Below, piece by piece: positions 42,591 to 51,022 of a stretch of 56,015 nucleotides of DNA. Each line of letters begins with the position of its first letter. The first letter of the stretch is position 1. Source of the DNA: an uncultured Candidatus Saccharibacteria bacterium. GTDB taxonomy: Bacteria > Patescibacteriota > Saccharimonadia > Saccharimonadales > Saccharimonadaceae. The notes beneath the pieces were generated by a model, which had not been told where the DNA came from, did no database searches, and was given only the letters and a program-made list of their open reading frames with translations. Both the position numbers and the translations under genes were made by a program. The stretch spans positions 1 to 56,015 of the forward strand of contig CAMKFS010000001.1 in the NCBI GenBank assembly GCA_946411935.1, read 5' to 3'.

Positions 42591-42926
42591 CTAGATGAGG
42601 GCAAGCCTCTTGCAGCCAATAATGCGACCGTCTGTGTCGCGAACGGGGTCAGCCGTAATGAGCAAGTCGCTTATGTCGCGTCCAACGGCTTTCGCCGCAT
42701 TTGCTGTGATGATGCTTACTATATACCACTGGCCTTCGGCAGGATCAGGCAGGTCTTCAGGTTCACCATACTTCATAGAGACGAGCTCTATTCCGTCGAT
42801 GTCGCCGATTACTTCTGCTGTCTGCTTTGCGCGCGCGATACCCTGGCTCGGGAGTGAACGAGTTACATTTCTAGCTTCGTCTACGATGTTAACTGTGTGT
42901 GGTGTAAGATTGATAATATTTTCCAT
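42591..42926 (-). CDS. Conserved-looking hypothetical protein (111 aa)
   Basis: Strong SD (GGAGGGG) 6 nt before the ATG. MENIINLTPHTVNIV...YIVSIITANAAKAVGRDISDLLITADPVRDTDGRIIGCKRL. GC-rich relative to its surroundings (58 G+C in 42601-42700 by hand count). Confidence 0.6.
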   Translation of the reverse strand: MENIINLTPHTVNIVDEARNVTRSLPSQGIARAKQTAEVIGDIDGIELVSMKYGEPEDLPDPAEGQWYIVSIITANAAKAVGRDISDLLITADPVRDTDGRIIGCKRLALI

Positions 42927-43180
42927 AATTTCCCCTCCTAAAATATAAATACACTAACTACATAGCAACATACTTGGCGGCTCAAGTTGACGATTTTAAA
43001 TCCCAGTAAAATCGCCCACTCGAACCGCCAAAAGACGTTCCGAGCTTCATAGACAAGGATTCTGATAATTTACGAGACAATCATTTTGAATGTCTGCAAG
43101 CATTATAGCCTAAAACATGCAAATTGTCAATAATGCACGACATGTAGAGCAGAATAACAGGGGTAGAATACTGTAAAAAA

Positions 43181-43222
43181 TTGTCAATCGCTATTGACAA
43201 AATGCAAATTATTTGCTAATAT
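43181..43222 (+). promoter_or_regulatory. Promoter TTGACA-17 bp-TGcTAATAT overlapped by two palindromes
   Basis: TTGTCAAT-cgct-ATTGACAA at 43181-43200 covers the -35 (43194-43199). GCAAAT-t-ATTTGC at 43204-43216 fills the spacer. The -10 is TAATAT at 43217-43222, and the ATG at 43232 is 9 nt downstream. Confidence 0.55.
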
Positions 43223-43231
43223 GGCGGTATT

Positions 43232-44026
43232 ATGTTGAATGAAAACGATATTCGTATTATTGAACGGGCCGGCCTAACTGAGCCACAAGCTAAGACTTAT
43301 CTCGCGCTTTTGCGAAACGGCACTCTGACGCCGACGAAGATTGCCGATATTACTGGCGAGACGCGTACAAATACCTACGCACTCCTTGATCGACTGGCCG
43401 AGCTGAACCTCGTTGAAAAAGCCGAAAAGGGCAAAACCGCCAGTTTTATGGCTCTGCCGCCGTCCAATCTCGATCTTCTCGCCGAGAAACGCCGCCGTGC
43501 TGCCATCAACGATGAGCAGAATATTAAAAACAACATTTCTGTTTTAACCGACATCTTTTATGCACATAGTTCTATCCCGGGCGCGAAGACTTATGTTGGC
43601 GAAGATGGCATTAAAGAGATTCTTAAAGATACTCTTCGTTCTGAACCGTCAAAGATTTATCTTATTCGCACAGCGGCAGATTCGGCGCAAGATGACTTTA
43701 TTAGTCGCTATCGTGAGGCGCGCAAAAAGAAAAACATCCATACTTATGCATTAACGCCAGATTATCCTTACGCTCGTCGTAATGCGGCCGAAAAAGATGA
43801 GCAGTTGCTCGTTCATCGTGTTATGATGCCGCGTGATGCTTACCAGGCTTCAGTCGAGATTGACATTTATGGCGACAAGGTGGCCTTTGTTGACTATGGT
43901 TCAGGAGGAACCTCGACAATTATTACTAGCCCTGCAATCGCCAGCGCAATGCGCGAGCTATTTGAAATGACATATCGTCACTGGTCGGAACATTACCCGC
44001 AGCCTTACCCGCCGGTTGAGTCATAG
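43232..44026 (+). CDS. TrmB-family transcriptional regulator
   Basis: N-terminal winged HTH GLTEPQAKTYLALLRNGTLTPTKIADITGETRTNTYALLDRLAELNLVEK, plus a ~170-aa C-terminal domain. Confidence 0.7.
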   Translation: MLNENDIRIIERAGLTEPQAKTYLALLRNGTLTPTKIADITGETRTNTYALLDRLAELNLVEKAEKGKTASFMALPPSNLDLLAEKRRRAAINDEQNIKNNISVLTDIFYAHSSIPGAKTYVGEDGIKEILKDTLRSEPSKIYLIRTAADSAQDDFISRYREARKKKNIHTYALTPDYPYARRNAAEKDEQLLVHRVMMPRDAYQASVEIDIYGDKVAFVDYGSGGTSTIITSPAIASAMRELFEMTYRHWSEHYPQPYPPVES

Positions 44027-44053
44027 AATAGAACGTAAACCGAACAAACATAG

Positions 44054-44059
44054 TATAAT
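44054..44059 (+). promoter_or_regulatory. -10 box TATAAT
   Basis: Located 7 nt before the ATG at 44067, with no SD. Confidence 0.35.
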
Positions 44060-44066
44060 AATAGTA

Positions 44067-45335
44067 ATGAAAATCGTCATTTCGACCGACATTTATTATC
44101 CAATGATAAACGGCGTGGCAGTTTTTTCGCGTAACCTCGCCGCCGGTCTCAAAAAACGCGGACACAAAGTAATGGTTCTTGCGCCAAGTATCGATGGCAA
44201 GTTCAAAGTTGAAAAAGACGAAGAATACGGCTTTACGGTCGTCCGTCTAAAATCTCGAAAAATTCACGTCTATCCGGATCAGATCAATAAAGTACCCGAG
44301 GCGAAGAAGCTCGCTGGCCTAAAACTACCAAAGGTTTATTACAAAAATGGCCTCAATGTTAGTTTGAATTGCTACAAAACAATCAAAAGAGTACTTGATG
44401 ATTTCCAGCCGGATATTATTCATGACCAGACTCCTGGACCAGTTGCGCTCGCCGTTTTTCGCTATGCGAAGAAAAACGATATTCCGCTCGTTTCGACCGA
44501 CCATGCCTATCCGGATAATCTTACCCAGCAACTCAAGCTTCCGCGTGCGGCCAAGAAGCCAATTAATTCCATGATGAATAAATACTTCGTAAGCTTTTTG
44601 AAACGTAGCGAATATGCCACAATGCCGACCGAGCAGGCTGTTGCCGATCTTATCCCGCAGAAGCGCAAACCTTTTAAGGTGCCAGTCGAGGCTTTGAGTA
44701 ATGGCATTGATCTTTCACGCTTCGCGAAGGGCAAAGCAAACCCAGAAATCTACGAAGAATATAATATTCCGAAAACTAAGCCGATTGTTTTATATGTCGG
44801 CCGTGTTGACCCAGAAAAATCTCTTGATATTCTGATGAGTGCATTTATTAAAGCGCACGATAGTATTCCTGACGCGCATCTTGTTGTTGTCGGCGATGGT
44901 ACTGCTCGTCCGAAACTTGAGGCGCAAATTGAAAAGGCCGGTCTTGGTAGTAATGCTCATTTTCTTGGACGTGTTATTGGCGATAACCTGCCGCAGCTTT
45001 ATCGTACTGGTACGGTTTTTGCTATCACAAGCAAGACCGAAACGCAGAGTATTGTTTTGATGGAAGCAATGGCGAGCGGCTTGCCGTGCGTCGCCGTGGA
45101 TGCTGGCGCGATTCACGAGCTAGTGAAGACTAATAAAAATGGCTATCTTTGCGAAGCGGATGATATTGATGCAGTTGCTAGTAGCCTAGTTAAAATTCTC
45201 GCCGACAAAGATCGTCGCGCGAGGATGTCCGACGAGAGCATTAAGCGTGCTGCTAAGCATGACATTAGCCACACTCTCACTCGCATGGAAGAAATTTACC
45301 AACAAGTGCTCGATAATCGAGCGAGGTCGATCTAA
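44067..45335 (+). CDS. Family 4 (GT-B) glycosyltransferase
   Basis: 422 aa from ATG 44067 (MKIVISTDIYYPMINGVAVFSRNLA...). Contains the EX7E region ETQSIVLMEAMASGLPCVA. The track start at 44016 overlaps the upstream gene and the -10 box. Confidence 0.8.
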   Translation: MKIVISTDIYYPMINGVAVFSRNLAAGLKKRGHKVMVLAPSIDGKFKVEKDEEYGFTVVRLKSRKIHVYPDQINKVPEAKKLAGLKLPKVYYKNGLNVSLNCYKTIKRVLDDFQPDIIHDQTPGPVALAVFRYAKKNDIPLVSTDHAYPDNLTQQLKLPRAAKKPINSMMNKYFVSFLKRSEYATMPTEQAVADLIPQKRKPFKVPVEALSNGIDLSRFAKGKANPEIYEEYNIPKTKPIVLYVGRVDPEKSLDILMSAFIKAHDSIPDAHLVVVGDGTARPKLEAQIEKAGLGSNAHFLGRVIGDNLPQLYRTGTVFAITSKTETQSIVLMEAMASGLPCVAVDAGAIHELVKTNKNGYLCEADDIDAVASSLVKILADKDRRARMSDESIKRAAKHDISHTLTRMEEIYQQVLDNRARSI

Positions 45336-46096
45336 TGTCTATTCCGAAAACTATCCACTATGTCTGGGTCGGTTCTAAGCCAATTCCAAAACGCGACCAA
45401 GTATTTATTGAAGGCTGGAAGAGAATGAATCCAGATTTCAAAATAAAGCGTTGGTCGGAAAAAGACATTGATTTAAAGAAATATCCGCTCGTCAAAAAAG
45501 CTCTCGACGAACATCGCTGGGCGCTCGCTGCCGATATAATCCGCATGTACGCAGTTTATGAAGAAGGTGGCTTCTATTTTGATACCGATGTTGAGCTTCG
45601 CAAATCGCTCGCCCCGCTTACGAAATATAAAGCCGTTGCCGGCTGGGAATCAAATTTTTGGTTCACGACTGCCGCCTTCGGGGCGGAGAAGCATTCGCCG
45701 TGGATTGGCAAAATTCTAAAACGCTACGAAATCGCCGATCCGAAACAGCACATTGTGACCAATACTTTTTTGAAGACTGTTCATAGCCCGTCTGTCTATG
45801 CGAAAGATTTTTGGCCACTCAAACTTGATGGCGAGACACGCGTGTATAATGACGAATTTGCGGTTTTTTCGCGCGAATATTTTAGCCCAAAGCACTATAT
45901 GACCGGCGAAGACGAGAGTACCGAAAATACAATTGCCTACCATCATTACGCTTCAACTTGGCATACTCGTATTGAGGCTTTCAAGAATTTTGCTAGTCGG
46001 GCAGGCTATAAAGTTCTCGGACCAAAAAGTTTTGCTAGGCTAGAACGTCGCTTTAATCGCCGACTTGAAAAACAGATTCGTAAGGAGCTTCCATGA
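45335..46096 (+). CDS. DXD-motif glycosyltransferase (GT32-like)
   Basis: IHYVWVGSKPIP...ALAADIIRMYAVYEEGGFYFDTDVE, the sugar-binding DXD region pattern. Confidence 0.65.
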   Translation: MSIPKTIHYVWVGSKPIPKRDQVFIEGWKRMNPDFKIKRWSEKDIDLKKYPLVKKALDEHRWALAADIIRMYAVYEEGGFYFDTDVELRKSLAPLTKYKAVAGWESNFWFTTAAFGAEKHSPWIGKILKRYEIADPKQHIVTNTFLKTVHSPSVYAKDFWPLKLDGETRVYNDEFAVFSREYFSPKHYMTGEDESTENTIAYHHYASTWHTRIEAFKNFASRAGYKVLGPKSFARLERRFNRRLEKQIRKELP

Positions 46097-46452
46097 GTAC
46101 TCCGACTAAAAAACAACAAAAAATCCTCAAATTTATTCAAGATTTCACGATCGAGCACGATTATTCGCCATCGTATCGCGAAATTCAGCGCGCTCTTGGA
46201 CTCAGTTCCGTTTCGGCAGTTGCTGAGCATATTTCAAATTGCGAAAAGGCAGGCTATTTGAAAAAGATTCCGAATGCCGCGCGTTCTATTGAAATCATTC
46301 CACTCGAAAACCATGAAGAAACGCAGAAGCTATTCAAGAAACATATTTCTGAACTTGAGTCGAAACTTATCGATAATCCAGATGATCAGAGTGTCAAAGA
46401 TGATCTCGCTACGCTCAAGGCGGCCGCGAAGCTGCTGAAACTCGTAATTTAA
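46093..46452 (+). CDS. LexA-type winged-HTH protein lacking the S24 peptidase domain
   Basis: KKQQKILKFIQDFTIEHDYSPSYREIQRALGLSSVSAVAEHISNCEKAGYLKKIPNAARSIEI aligns with the LexA N-terminal domain pattern. The remaining ~45 aa are helical and charged, with no Ser/Lys dyad region. Confidence 0.6.
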   Translation: MSTPTKKQQKILKFIQDFTIEHDYSPSYREIQRALGLSSVSAVAEHISNCEKAGYLKKIPNAARSIEIIPLENHEETQKLFKKHISELESKLIDNPDDQSVKDDLATLKAAAKLLKLVI

Positions 46453-46460
46453 GCTAAAAA

Positions 46461-46469
46461 TGGTATAAT
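46461..46469 (+). promoter_or_regulatory. Extended -10 promoter, TGgTATAAT
   Basis: TATAAT at 46464-46469. The ATG at 46478 is 8 nt downstream with no SD. Confidence 0.45.
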
Positions 46470-46477
46470 AATCGAAG

Positions 46478-47908
46478 ATGAGAAAAGAACCCGGCTATAT
46501 ATATCGCATCTGTTTAATATTTGGTGATGCCTTAGCGATTATTTTTTCTTTTTCTTTTGCATATTATTTTCGTACGCACATTGACTCCCGCCCGTACTTC
46601 TTTACTTCGGAGCTGATGGATTTTATTATTACGAATCTAATTCTTCTTCCAATTTGGTTGATTATTTTACTTTGTCTCGGAGTTTATAAACGCGGCGTCT
46701 TGAGCCGTCCGATGTCAGTTGTTTTAAGACTCTTTCTCGCGAGCATTCTTGGCATCATGGCAATCATTACTTATGATTTCTTCGTGAATAATACTACGGT
46801 CGCTTCGAGCTCGCTTTTCCCAGTGCGCGGAATCGCGGTTTTGACGGCCGTCTTTTGCTTTGTTGCTTTAGTTATTGAGCGGGCAATTATTTCCGGTGTT
46901 CGCCGATTCTTCTTCCGCCGTAGTGTCGGTCTAATTCGCACGATAGTTGTCGGTGACAGCCCAAACACAACTCAGCTTTTGATGGGCATCTGGCCAGAAA
47001 CTGGCTTTAAGGTCGTTGGCGTTGTCGCCCGTGACAAATATGTTCCGGAAGAATGGAAAAAGCGCCAGTATGATTCGCTTGATACGGCGGTCAAAAATCT
47101 TCGCCCCGACGCAATCATTCATGCCGGCGGCAAAAATATCGAAGAAGTCAACCGTATCGCCGTCAATCATCATGCCCTCTATTACTATTCACCAGCAAAC
47201 GATTCGATAATTACGCTAAGCGGCAAAGTCGAATGGATTGCTGCGACTCCAATTGTACTTATTCGCACAACGCCACTCCATGGCGGCGCCAAAGCCGTGA
47301 AGCGTCTCATTGATATTATTTTGAGTTTAATTTTTATTATTCTCACATCGCCGTTCATGCTTGTCGTCTTTATTATGCAGAAAATTGCTGAGCCAAAAGC
47401 CCCCGCAATTTATAAGGATATTCGTCTTACTCGTTTCGATAAAGAATTTGGTCTTTATAAATTCCGTAGCATGAAGCAAGAATTCAGCGGCATGACTCCG
47501 GAGCAGGCCTTCGAAAAAATGGGTAAACCAGAATTATCGAAGAAGTATCGCGAGCAGGGCGACTTCTTGGAAAATGACCCGCGTTACACAAAACTTGGCA
47601 CTTTTTTGCGCAAGACTTCACTTGATGAATTGCCGCAATTCTTTAATATTTTGAAAGGAGACATTTCGCTCATTGGCCCGCGCGCCCTTCAGCCGGCTGA
47701 GCTCAAGACTTATGGCGATCGCAGTTTAATCCTTTCAGTTAAATCTGGTCTCACTGGTCTTGCCCAGGTTTCTGGCCGTCGCGATATTTCATTCAATGAA
47801 CGTCGCGCTCTCGATGTCTACTATGTCCAAAACTGGTCACTCGCTCTAGATATTTCAATTTTTGTCCGTACTATCATTGCCGTCTTCAAGCACGTCGGCG
47901 CAAAATAA
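46478..47908 (+). CDS. Polyprenyl-phosphate glycosyl-1-phosphate transferase (WbaP/CpsE-type priming enzyme)
   Basis: N-terminal TM block, then KRLIDIILSLIFIILTSPFMLVV...FRSM...DELPQFFNILKGDISLIGPRA...GLTGLAQV. Confidence 0.85.
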   Translation: MRKEPGYIYRICLIFGDALAIIFSFSFAYYFRTHIDSRPYFFTSELMDFIITNLILLPIWLIILLCLGVYKRGVLSRPMSVVLRLFLASILGIMAIITYDFFVNNTTVASSSLFPVRGIAVLTAVFCFVALVIERAIISGVRRFFFRRSVGLIRTIVVGDSPNTTQLLMGIWPETGFKVVGVVARDKYVPEEWKKRQYDSLDTAVKNLRPDAIIHAGGKNIEEVNRIAVNHHALYYYSPANDSIITLSGKVEWIAATPIVLIRTTPLHGGAKAVKRLIDIILSLIFIILTSPFMLVVFIMQKIAEPKAPAIYKDIRLTRFDKEFGLYKFRSMKQEFSGMTPEQAFEKMGKPELSKKYREQGDFLENDPRYTKLGTFLRKTSLDELPQFFNILKGDISLIGPRALQPAELKTYGDRSLILSVKSGLTGLAQVSGRRDISFNERRALDVYYVQNWSLALDISIFVRTIIAVFKHVGAK

Positions 47909-48016
47909 CCCCTAGACATTCCTGCGAAAAGGTTTTATAATAATCAAATGGACCACATAGCCTCATAGTGGTCTAAATTTATTGTCGAAGGACATTAAAC
48001 TAGAGGAGCACCTATT

Positions 48017-48523
48017 ATGTTAAAAACAGACTATCTAATCATTGGCTTGGATGAAATGTCGCTCGAGCTTACCATCAAAGGAACTGCCCATTTTATGAAT
48101 AATATTACTTCCGGTTGGTATAGCCTCGAGGAAATCTCGCTTAATCCCGGCGGCAAAGCTACTTTGAAGTTTGCGCCAAAGAAGGAAGTGTCATTACTAT
48201 TCCCAGCGCTAAAAGAATGTACAATCACAATCTCTGCGAACGAGGCTTTTTCACTTGTTGAAAGAGAATTGTATAGTACTGACGAGAAGACAACGGCGAA
48301 ATATGTTCTTCTGAATTGTCGTCTCAATGATGCGGGGATGCCGTATTTCCACTATGATATCTTGCAAAAGACGATGCCGGCTCAGAAAGACGGAGAAAAT
48401 TTCCATATCAATGTCGAAAAAGAAAAACTCATCAGTGAAGGTTATAAAATATTAAAGACAATTGATGATAAAACTCGTTCGAGCCAATGCGTAGTTCTTG
48501 AAGGCCACAGAAAGACAGCTTAG
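48017..48523 (+). CDS. Hypothetical protein
   Basis: 168 aa with a GGAG SD 9 nt upstream. No motif recognised. Confidence 0.5.
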   Translation: MLKTDYLIIGLDEMSLELTIKGTAHFMNNITSGWYSLEEISLNPGGKATLKFAPKKEVSLLFPALKECTITISANEAFSLVERELYSTDEKTTAKYVLLNCRLNDAGMPYFHYDILQKTMPAQKDGENFHINVEKEKLISEGYKILKTIDDKTRSSQCVVLEGHRKTA

Positions 48524-48544
48524 TCGAGGCATTATAGTCTGTGG

Positions 48545-48576
48545 AGCCACGGGTTTTTATTAATCCGTGGCTTTTT
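48545..48576 (+). terminator. Intrinsic terminator
   Basis: AGCCACGG / CCGTGGCT stem, 12-nt loop, then TTTT. Confidence 0.65.
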
Positions 48577-48594
48577 CTTGTTAATATAATATAT

Positions 48595-49704
48595 ATGAAA
48601 GCACGCAGCCGAAAAATCATTCGAGTATCAATTCTTGGAATTGTTGTTAATCTTGCTCTAGCAGGCTTTAAGATATTCGTCGGTCTCTTATCTAATTCGA
48701 TTGCGATTATTCTTGATGCCGTAAATAACTTCAGCGACTCGCTCTCCAGTATCGTTACGATTGTTGGAACACGCTTTGCGAGCAAGGCTCCAGATAAGCA
48801 CCATCCGATGGGGCATGGCCGTTCGGAATATTTGAGTACCGTCATAATCGCAATGATTATTATCTATATTGGCCTTACGGCAATGATTGAATCGGTTAAA
48901 AAGATTATTGATCCGCCATCCGTAAATTATACGACTCAGACCGTAATTGTTGTTTCGGTCGCAATCGTCGCTAAAATCCTTCTTGGGCTCTACGTCCGCC
49001 ACCGCGGCAAAAAGCTCCAGTCTGGTTCACTTATCGGCTCCGGCCTCGATGCGCTTTATGACGCAATTATCTCTGTCGCTACACTAACTGCTATTATTAT
49101 TTATTATGCGACTGGCTGGGAAATTGAAGCTTATCTCGCTGCGGCGATTTCGCTCTTCATTCTATATTCTGGCATTAAGCTGGTTCGTGGCGCATTTAGC
49201 ATTATTATTGGCGAACGCCCTAGTTCGGATTTGACGCGCCGTATTAAAAATAGCATTGCACAATTCGACGGCGTAAATGGCGCCTTTGATCTTGTTATGC
49301 ACGATTACGGTAACGGCTCGACGGTTGCTTCGGTTAATATTGAAATTGATCATGAAATGCGTGCTTCAGATATTGATGATTTAACGCGCAGTATCCAAAA
49401 AGCAATCTATCGCAAATATCGCATCATCCTTAGTTCAATCGGCATATACGCCATCGATTTAAGCGATCCAGAAGTAGAGAAGCTCTGGCAGAAAGTTAGT
49501 GGAATTTGCGACCATTACGACAAGATTATCGAATTGCATGGTTTTCATGTTGATCTTCATGATCATGAAATTTCCTTTGATATTGTTGTAGATTTTACAA
49601 CACCTAATCGCCGGAATTACTATCAAAAATTCTGCCGTGAAGTTGAGGCAAAAATTCCGAACTACCAAATATCCGTCACGCTTGATTCGGACATTAGCGA
49701 TTAA
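48595..49704 (+). CDS. Cation diffusion facilitator (CDF) family metal efflux transporter
   Basis: 369 aa from ATG 48595. Contains LALAGFKIFVGLLSNSIAIILDAVNNFSDSLSS...HPMGHGRSEYLS. The track's GTG at 48541 lies inside the terminator hairpin. Confidence 0.8.
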   Translation: MKARSRKIIRVSILGIVVNLALAGFKIFVGLLSNSIAIILDAVNNFSDSLSSIVTIVGTRFASKAPDKHHPMGHGRSEYLSTVIIAMIIIYIGLTAMIESVKKIIDPPSVNYTTQTVIVVSVAIVAKILLGLYVRHRGKKLQSGSLIGSGLDALYDAIISVATLTAIIIYYATGWEIEAYLAAAISLFILYSGIKLVRGAFSIIIGERPSSDLTRRIKNSIAQFDGVNGAFDLVMHDYGNGSTVASVNIEIDHEMRASDIDDLTRSIQKAIYRKYRIILSSIGIYAIDLSDPEVEKLWQKVSGICDHYDKIIELHGFHVDLHDHEISFDIVVDFTTPNRRNYYQKFCREVEAKIPNYQISVTLDSDISD

Positions 49705-49710
49705 AAAATA

Positions 49711-49729
49711 CCGCCCTAATGAAGGGCGG
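49711..49729. terminator. Bidirectional terminator between convergent genes
   Basis: CCGCCC-TAATGAA-GGGCGG, flanked by an A-run and TTTTTT. Confidence 0.7.
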
Positions 49730-49734
49730 ATTTT

Positions 49735-50319
49735 TTATAGATGGTTACTTAGTAGCTGATTTACTTTTTCTACGATTGCTTGCTGCGTGGTTTTTTCCAA
49801 GTTTTTGATTGTTTTATACGTCAATATATCAGCTAATATACCAGCTGAATGATCGCGGTATGATAACATTTTGCATACAGTAAGCATCAACCCGAACATT
49901 GAAGTGCTACAACTTTGTATATCCTGAAAGCAATCAGCGCCGGCATACATATAGATATATCCACTCTCTAGCTTAATGCTAATCATATATAAATATATGG
50001 TTGTTTCGCCGATTCCTACAGCGTTGCTTTCTGTTTGTGGTACAGGATAATCGAATACCTTTGCATAGAAATCATCAAAATATCTTGTCGCATAATTGTA
50101 GCAGAGTTTTTCGAATTCTGATTCTGGATCGACTTTATTTTTGCAATAAATCACCTGCGCAGTTTCATTGTCGGATTCTTCTGTGCATTGAATAGAAAGT
50201 AAAGTGTTTTCGGCTTCGAAAAATTCTTTAAAAAGCAAATTGTCTATCGCATCGCATATTGTATCAATCTCTGCATCGTCAAAAAGTTTTTTGCCCCATC
50301 TGTTTATGATCATATCCAT
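49735..50319 (-). CDS. Hypothetical cytoplasmic acidic protein
   Basis: 194 aa. SD AAGGGGGTG. 7 Cys and no signal peptide. No motif recognised. Confidence 0.5.
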   Translation of the reverse strand: MDMIINRWGKKLFDDAEIDTICDAIDNLLFKEFFEAENTLLSIQCTEESDNETAQVIYCKNKVDPESEFEKLCYNYATRYFDDFYAKVFDYPVPQTESNAVGIGETTIYLYMISIKLESGYIYMYAGADCFQDIQSCSTSMFGLMLTVCKMLSYRDHSAGILADILTYKTIKNLEKTTQQAIVEKVNQLLSNHL

Positions 50320-50365
50320 AGAAACACCCCCTTTTATGGAATACTGCTTATATTATAGCACAAAA

Positions 50366-50959
50366 CTACAATCTGTCAATATGCGGCTCGGTAATCATCA
50401 AGAGTCCGAAGAAAGCAAATATATATGCTGATTCAAACCAAAAGATTAGATCCATAAAGTATGGCACTCGCAGCACATCCGAGATGCAGAAGTAAATTGA
50501 AAATGCGGTAAATAATAACGTAAAAATCGCGGTAGTTTTACGCTGAGCTTTCATCATTGATAAAAGACCAATTAAGGCCATCGCGACAAACATGACACCG
50601 GCGAAGAAGCGGTGGATGTCGGCTGGCATACTTTCGTCTGGAAGATGTGGACTAATCGATAGAGCCATAAATGCGATTACGAAGATATACATCAGCTTTC
50701 GCCAGAGCCAGCCGCGTTCTCTTGCGCACGCTAGCAAATAATTTACAATCAGTACGACAATTGCTAAATTACAGGCGCAAAAGATTAGTGAGCTCCACCA
50801 GTTTAGGCCGACATAACGACTAATTGTGAGTGAGGCATCGCCGGCGCGACCGTCGAAAAACCAGTACCAACCGATCAGTCCAACATACTCAACAATAAAA
50901 ATAACGAACGAAATAAGAAGTAATTTGTTTGGTTTTTTCTGAGCTTTAGTTTGTTTCAT
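50366..50959 (-). CDS. Hypothetical polytopic membrane protein
   Basis: 197 aa from ATG 50959 (MKQTKAQKKPNKLLLISFVIFIV...) with ~6 TM helices. The track's 311-aa version runs antisense through uppS. Confidence 0.5.
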   Translation of the reverse strand: MKQTKAQKKPNKLLLISFVIFIVEYVGLIGWYWFFDGRAGDASLTISRYVGLNWWSSLIFCACNLAIVVLIVNYLLACARERGWLWRKLMYIFVIAFMALSISPHLPDESMPADIHRFFAGVMFVAMALIGLLSMMKAQRKTTAIFTLLFTAFSIYFCISDVLRVPYFMDLIFWFESAYIFAFFGLLMITEPHIDRL

Positions 50960-51008
50960 TCCAGAGGCACTCCCGATTAGTTTCGTTGAGATAAGATTAT
51001 ATATATTA

Positions 51009-51014
51009 TATAAT
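51009..51014 (+). promoter_or_regulatory. -10 box TATAAT
   Basis: Located 8 nt before the ATG at 51023, with no SD. Confidence 0.4.
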
Positions 51015-51022
51015 GTTTTGTA

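Noticed and set aside
44016-44066. ATG 44016 start for the GT4 glycosyltransferase
   Set aside because: It overlaps the end of the TrmB-like gene and includes the TATAAT box. The conserved GT4 N-terminus (MKIVISTD...) begins at 44067.
48541-48594. GTG start at 48541 for the CDF transporter
   Set aside because: This segment forms the intrinsic terminator hairpin of the upstream gene (48545-48576) and contains the -10 box. ATG 48595 starts the conserved CDF N-terminus.
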